Positions 60,147 to 64,000 of a stretch of DNA of 64,000 bases are shown here, one piece after another. Numbering within the stretch: position 1 is the stretch's first letter; each line of letters opens with the position of its first letter. The position numbers and the translations under genes were made by a program. The stretch is from positions 1,152,001-1,216,000 of the forward strand of contig JBEPZY010000001.1 in NCBI GenBank assembly GCA_041640595.1. Reading direction: 5' to 3'. The notes under the pieces are model-generated. The model saw nothing but the letters and a program-made list of their open reading frames with translations, was not told the DNA's origin and did not search any database. Source of the stretch: Gemmatales bacterium. GTDB lineage: Bacteria; Planctomycetota; Planctomycetia; Gemmatales; HRBIN36.

Positions 60147-60258
60147 CGCTTCCGTGCTTTCGCTGTAATCAAGGATGATAAGGCCTCGGGGCGGGCAAAT
60201 CTCGCAGTGGGGTTAGACCACCGCTTCCGTGCTTTCGCTGTAATCGAGGATGATCAGG
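60147..60258. repeat. Repeat-spacer-repeat unit (37 bp x2, 35/37 identical, 38-bp spacer), intergenic
   Basis: cgcttccgtgctttcgctgtaatcaaggatgataagg (60147-60183) and cgcttccgtgctttcgctgtaatcgaggatgatcagg (60222-60258). Confidence 0.9.
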
Positions 60259-60325
60259 AGAGGCCTGCCATCGCCTTATGGAAGCTGGTGCTTTCACGAT
60301 GCGCTTGCGAATCCGTGATCGGGAA

Positions 60326-61480
60326 TTAAGGATTCCGGTTTAGGCTAGGGATGAATGCAGCCGAGGCTTGCACAGTCTCGAGCGGGACAGTGCAAGCATC
60401 CCGCCAGCGATGCAGCCAGGAGCATGCCTGTTCAAAGACAAATTCGGGCGCCAGTTCGCGCATGCAGCGGTGATCGCGCGGGCATCGCCGCAATTGACAC
60501 GGTCCGCAGGAGACAACCTGTTGCAGGTGCAGCGAGCGCGGATGGAAAGTTTCCGTCCAGGCGATGTGAGTCGGCCCGAAGATTGTAACCACTGGACGGT
60601 CAAAAGCTACGGCAATGTGTCGCGGCCCGCTGTCCGTAGTAATCAGCATCGCCACCCGTTTCAGGCACGCCTTGACCAATCCCAGATCGATCCTTTCGTG
60701 GTGCAATCCATAGACCTGCGGATGGCTGGAGAGCTTTTCAATTTCCTGGGCAATTTTTCGCTCGGCTGGCCCACACAAGACCAGAACACCACATGCCAAT
60801 TCCCAGGCCAGCCGGCGGGCCAGTTCCGCGAAATAATCCACAGGCCAGCATTTCGCCGAACCGTAAGCCGCTCCGGGGTGTAAAGCCACCACCGGACGAG
60901 TTTGCCAATTCCGCTTCTGCCAGATGCGCTCTGCGGCCGCCTCCTGCTCTGGTGTGGTAAATAGCTGCATTTGCACTCCGGGATCGGGGCATCCCAATCG
61001 CTGAGCCAGGCGGTTATAGGCCAGCAGGACGGGATAAGGTAACCGTCGGCCCTTTTCGATGGCTGGCCAGTCGAGTGCTTCCGTGAGTAACCAGCTGCGA
61101 CCATCTCGTCGGTAACCGATACGGTTTCGGCAGCCACCCAGCCATGCCGCCAGCGCTGTCCGCAGGGAATTGGGAAATAATAAGCCCCAAGTTGCCTGCC
61201 TGGAGCGCAGTTGACGTACCATCGGCCAAAAATCGTCACTGGCAATCGCGTCGTCGAACCAGGGACATCCCGCCAGCAGTTCGGACAGATAACGCCGATA
61301 AACCGCAACGATTAACGCCTGCGGAAAATGCTGTCGCAAAGCCCTCAGCGCCGGCGTGCACATGACCACATCTCCCACCCAATTCGGCAAAAACACCGCC
61401 AGCACCGGTTTGGCGTCAGGCTTCGTTCCGGCAACCAGGCGAACCCCACCGGTGGTTTCGTCGAGCATCGGGGTGGTCAT
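60326..61480 (-). CDS. waaF: LPS heptosyltransferase II (GT9)
   Basis: PNWVGDVVM, FPNSLR, HPGAAYGSAKCWP, TDSGPRHIA, FGPT. Confidence 0.88.
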   Translation of the reverse strand: MTTPMLDETTGGVRLVAGTKPDAKPVLAVFLPNWVGDVVMCTPALRALRQHFPQALIVAVYRRYLSELLAGCPWFDDAIASDDFWPMVRQLRSRQATWGLLFPNSLRTALAAWLGGCRNRIGYRRDGRSWLLTEALDWPAIEKGRRLPYPVLLAYNRLAQRLGCPDPGVQMQLFTTPEQEAAAERIWQKRNWQTRPVVALHPGAAYGSAKCWPVDYFAELARRLAWELACGVLVLCGPAERKIAQEIEKLSSHPQVYGLHHERIDLGLVKACLKRVAMLITTDSGPRHIAVAFDRPVVTIFGPTHIAWTETFHPRSLHLQQVVSCGPCQLRRCPRDHRCMRELAPEFVFEQACSWLHRWRDACTVPLETVQASAAFIPSLNRNP

Positions 61481-61626
61481 GGCCGAACGAAACCTGCGGC
61501 TGCGCTGCAAATGGGACAGCCAGCACAGTTCTCGTGACTGAGCTGAACAAACTTATCTCCAGCAAGTGCCGTCTTTCGAGGAAGCAAGCTCCACACTGGT
61601 TCTGTCCTCCCTGGAAAGCGGACGAC

Positions 61627-63177
61627 CTAAGCCGCGCGGCTAACGGTCGCAGTCATCAACCGATGAATTAAAGCGGTGGTGCTGAACCCGTCATGGTACG
61701 CGGCAATATGGACACGCCCACCGTAAGATTGCACGAAATCGGCTCCGATTACTTCCTGGGGCCGGTAATCACCTCCTTTGACAAGCACATCGGGCCGAAT
61801 CCGGCGGATCAGTTCCAGAGGTGTGGCGTCGTCGAAGACCACCAGAAAATCCACCGCCTCCAGTGCCGCCAGGACGGCCAGCCGGGCTTCGCACGGTTGC
61901 ACCGGCCGATTCGCTCCTTTCAATTGCCGAACGCTGGCATCGCTATTGACCGCCACAAACAGGACATCTCCCTGAGCTTTGGCTTCCTGCAAATAACGCA
62001 CATGGCCCACGTGTAACAAATCAAAACAACCGTTGGTGAAAACGATACGCAGACCCGCCTGGCGGCAACGCTCGACTACGGCAGGGATTTCCTCGCTACT
62101 CAGGATTTTGCGAGGCGTAAGTCCCGCAGATTTTCGCCAGGAATTTCCGAACTGGCAGGCAGATTCCATTTCGCGGAGGTCCTGCAAAATTTCGTCGCGT
62201 GTTACGGGAGCAACACCGATCCGCTCGACTTCCAGTCCACCGGCCACATTGGCCAGACGGATAGCCTCGGGATAATCCGCTCCGGCCGCCAGTGCCATTC
62301 CCAGCATGCTCAAAACCATGTCGCCAGCTCCGGTAATGTCATACACCTGCCGGGGACGTGTCGGAAAATGCGATCGGCGGCCACTGCGGTCAGCCAGAAC
62401 CATGCCGTCCTTGTCGAGGGTGACAATGCACGCTTCCAGTCCCAGCCAGTCCAGCAACTGTCCGGCGGCAGCCAGTGCCTGCGGTACCGTAGTCGTCGCC
62501 AGTCCGGTCGCCAACGCAGCTTCGAGACGATTGGGCGTCAGGGCTGTGCAGCCCCGGTATTTTTCGTACACGTGGTTCTCGGCGGAACTCTTGCAACGCA
62601 CCGGGTCTGCCAGGATTTGTTTGCCTCTCGTTTTTGCTTCTGCCACCACCCAGGCCAACAGCGACGGCGTGCAAACGCCCTTGTCGTAATCGCTAACCAG
62701 AACGAGATCGGCCCGACCTATCCGCGGACGCAAAAGCTCACGCAACCGCGATTCGATACCGGAACCGATCCACTCACGGCTTTCGTAATCCACACGCAGC
62801 ATCTGCTGCGGATGGCGTTGCTGGGCCCGACCCATGTAACGTTCTTTGACGGTAGTGGGTCGGTCGGAGTCCACCAGCACAGCTTCGCGTTCCACTCCCA
62901 GATCATCGAGAAGCTGGCAAACACGGCGAGCATCGGCATCCTCACCAATAACTCCGGCCAGCATTACTCGAGCTCCCAGCGCACGTAGCAGGGTCGCCAC
63001 ACTACTGGCACCACCCAACCGTTCTTCCTTGCGATCCGCATGCAATAGCACCACCGGAGCTTCCTGACTGATCCGTTCAGCGTTGCCCCAGATGTAGCGG
63101 TCGAGCATGATGTCGCCCACTACAAGAATTTCCGGTTGACCCAATCGCTCCACCAGTGCTATCAGGTCGTTGGTCAT
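61627..63177 (-). CDS. hldE: Bifunctional heptose-7-P kinase / heptose-1-P adenylyltransferase
   Basis: GDIMLDRY, ISQEAPV, SDYDKG, DITGAGD; FTNGCFDLLHVGH, LVKGGDY. Confidence 0.93.
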   Translation of the reverse strand: MTNDLIALVERLGQPEILVVGDIMLDRYIWGNAERISQEAPVVLLHADRKEERLGGASSVATLLRALGARVMLAGVIGEDADARRVCQLLDDLGVEREAVLVDSDRPTTVKERYMGRAQQRHPQQMLRVDYESREWIGSGIESRLRELLRPRIGRADLVLVSDYDKGVCTPSLLAWVVAEAKTRGKQILADPVRCKSSAENHVYEKYRGCTALTPNRLEAALATGLATTTVPQALAAAGQLLDWLGLEACIVTLDKDGMVLADRSGRRSHFPTRPRQVYDITGAGDMVLSMLGMALAAGADYPEAIRLANVAGGLEVERIGVAPVTRDEILQDLREMESACQFGNSWRKSAGLTPRKILSSEEIPAVVERCRQAGLRIVFTNGCFDLLHVGHVRYLQEAKAQGDVLFVAVNSDASVRQLKGANRPVQPCEARLAVLAALEAVDFLVVFDDATPLELIRRIRPDVLVKGGDYRPQEVIGADFVQSYGGRVHIAAYHDGFSTTALIHRLMTATVSRAA

Positions 63178-63237
63178 GCACTCACACCTCGGTTTTGTGG
63201 GAAAGGCACAATCGGCTTGGCTGTTCTCTGCCCGAGC

Positions 63238-64000
63238 TTACCTTCGCAGCTGGTGCAAATGCGACACTGCTCCATCCGCTACCGGTGCTGCCAGCGCACA
63301 AATTACCGCCGCGTGCAATAACGGGATGAGGATTTCGTGATGCCCGATAATTTCGATGCTGGCATCTGCGGGTCGCTCACAAACGTTGACCCGACTGCGG
63401 TACTGCACATGCTTATCGAGGTTCACCGTGAGCAACCCCTGCAGCGAATAGCCAAGATTGCGAGCCACGCTCACGGCTTTCAGGAAAACTTCCGGCATGA
63501 TGACTGCACTGCCGAGATTCATCCAGATACCATGTGCCAAACCCGCGACCACACCGCAAAGTTTTCGGAAATCCGTAAGACTCGCTTCGCCCAGGTCGGC
63601 TCCGCGAACCTGTGGATGCATGTGCACGATATCCGTCCCCAGTGCCACATGAACGGTACAGGGAATACCGGCTTGATATGCCGTCGCTACCAGGCTGCAA
63701 TGCAGGTATGGCAAACGGTCTTCCACCATGCAGGCACCCAGGGCAGCTCCCAAGCCGATACCTTCGCGGGCAGCACGTTCGGCGGCTCGAGCGAAGATCG
63801 CTGCCGTTTCGCGGGCCATGCCGAATTTTCCCTGCGGTAATTGTGCGGCAACATCCTCGCTGGTCTTCCCGGCGCAGGCGAGCTCAAAATCGTGAATCGC
63901 CGCCGAGCCGTTCATGGCTACCGCATGCAGGATGCCGCGCTGAATCCAGTCGTTCAGGTAGGGACCGCAACCGGTCTTAACCACGTGCCCGCCAATCGCC
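63238..64000 (-). CDS. Deoxyhypusine-synthase-like conserved hypothetical protein; 5' end outside the window
   Basis: Frame is open to the window edge (..IGGHVVKTG); AMNGSAAIHDFE, TSEDV, TVHVALGTDIVH.HP, GSAVIMPEVFLKA, GHHEILIPLL. Confidence 0.75.
   Translation of the reverse strand, partial: AIGGHVVKTGCGPYLNDWIQRGILHAVAMNGSAAIHDFELACAGKTSEDVAAQLPQGKFGMARETAAIFARAAERAAREGIGLGAALGACMVEDRLPYLHCSLVATAYQAGIPCTVHVALGTDIVHMHPQVRGADLGEASLTDFRKLCGVVAGLAHGIWMNLGSAVIMPEVFLKAVSVARNLGYSLQGLLTVNLDKHVQYRSRVNVCERPADASIEIIGHHEILIPLLHAAVICALAAPVADGAVSHLHQLRR

Overview
A GC-rich bacterial chromosomal segment, most likely from a planctomycete (Gemmatales-like). This is inferred from PVC-type heme-binding/dehydrogenase, DUF1080, DUF6370-like and planctomycete-style ECF, Wza and kinase proteins. 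Most of the window is housekeeping or envelope biology: modC (partial), prpD, MFS and ABC transporters, ECF sigma, HD-GYP plus hybrid kinase, an RNA methyltransferase, a moaB-cupin fusion, hemY/G, a wzm/wzt glycan export cluster, a decayed IS5-family element, an Rrf2-sufBCDSUT operon, nfi, ltaE, aroC, wza, a sigma54 two-component pair and an LPS-core cluster (hldE, waaF, LPS kinases). Two signals stand out. (1) A secreted thioredoxin-like gene (4383-4937, minus) is split by one in-frame TGA in a C-F-V-TGA (CxxU) position, making it a probable selenoprotein. Its in-gene hairpin is not a canonical bacterial SECIS, but its long 3' UTR holds a stem-loop with a GAA/A internal loop, the core of archaeal-type 3'-UTR SECIS elements. 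(2) Four unrelated loci show repeat-spacer-repeat units of CRISPR size (32-39 bp duplication plus 31-38 bp unique insert, period 66-75 bp). Two of them interrupt the IS5 transposase coding sequence, which looks like natural ectopic spacer integration. No cas or sel genes are in the window, so both interpretations are inferences that need genome-level checks.
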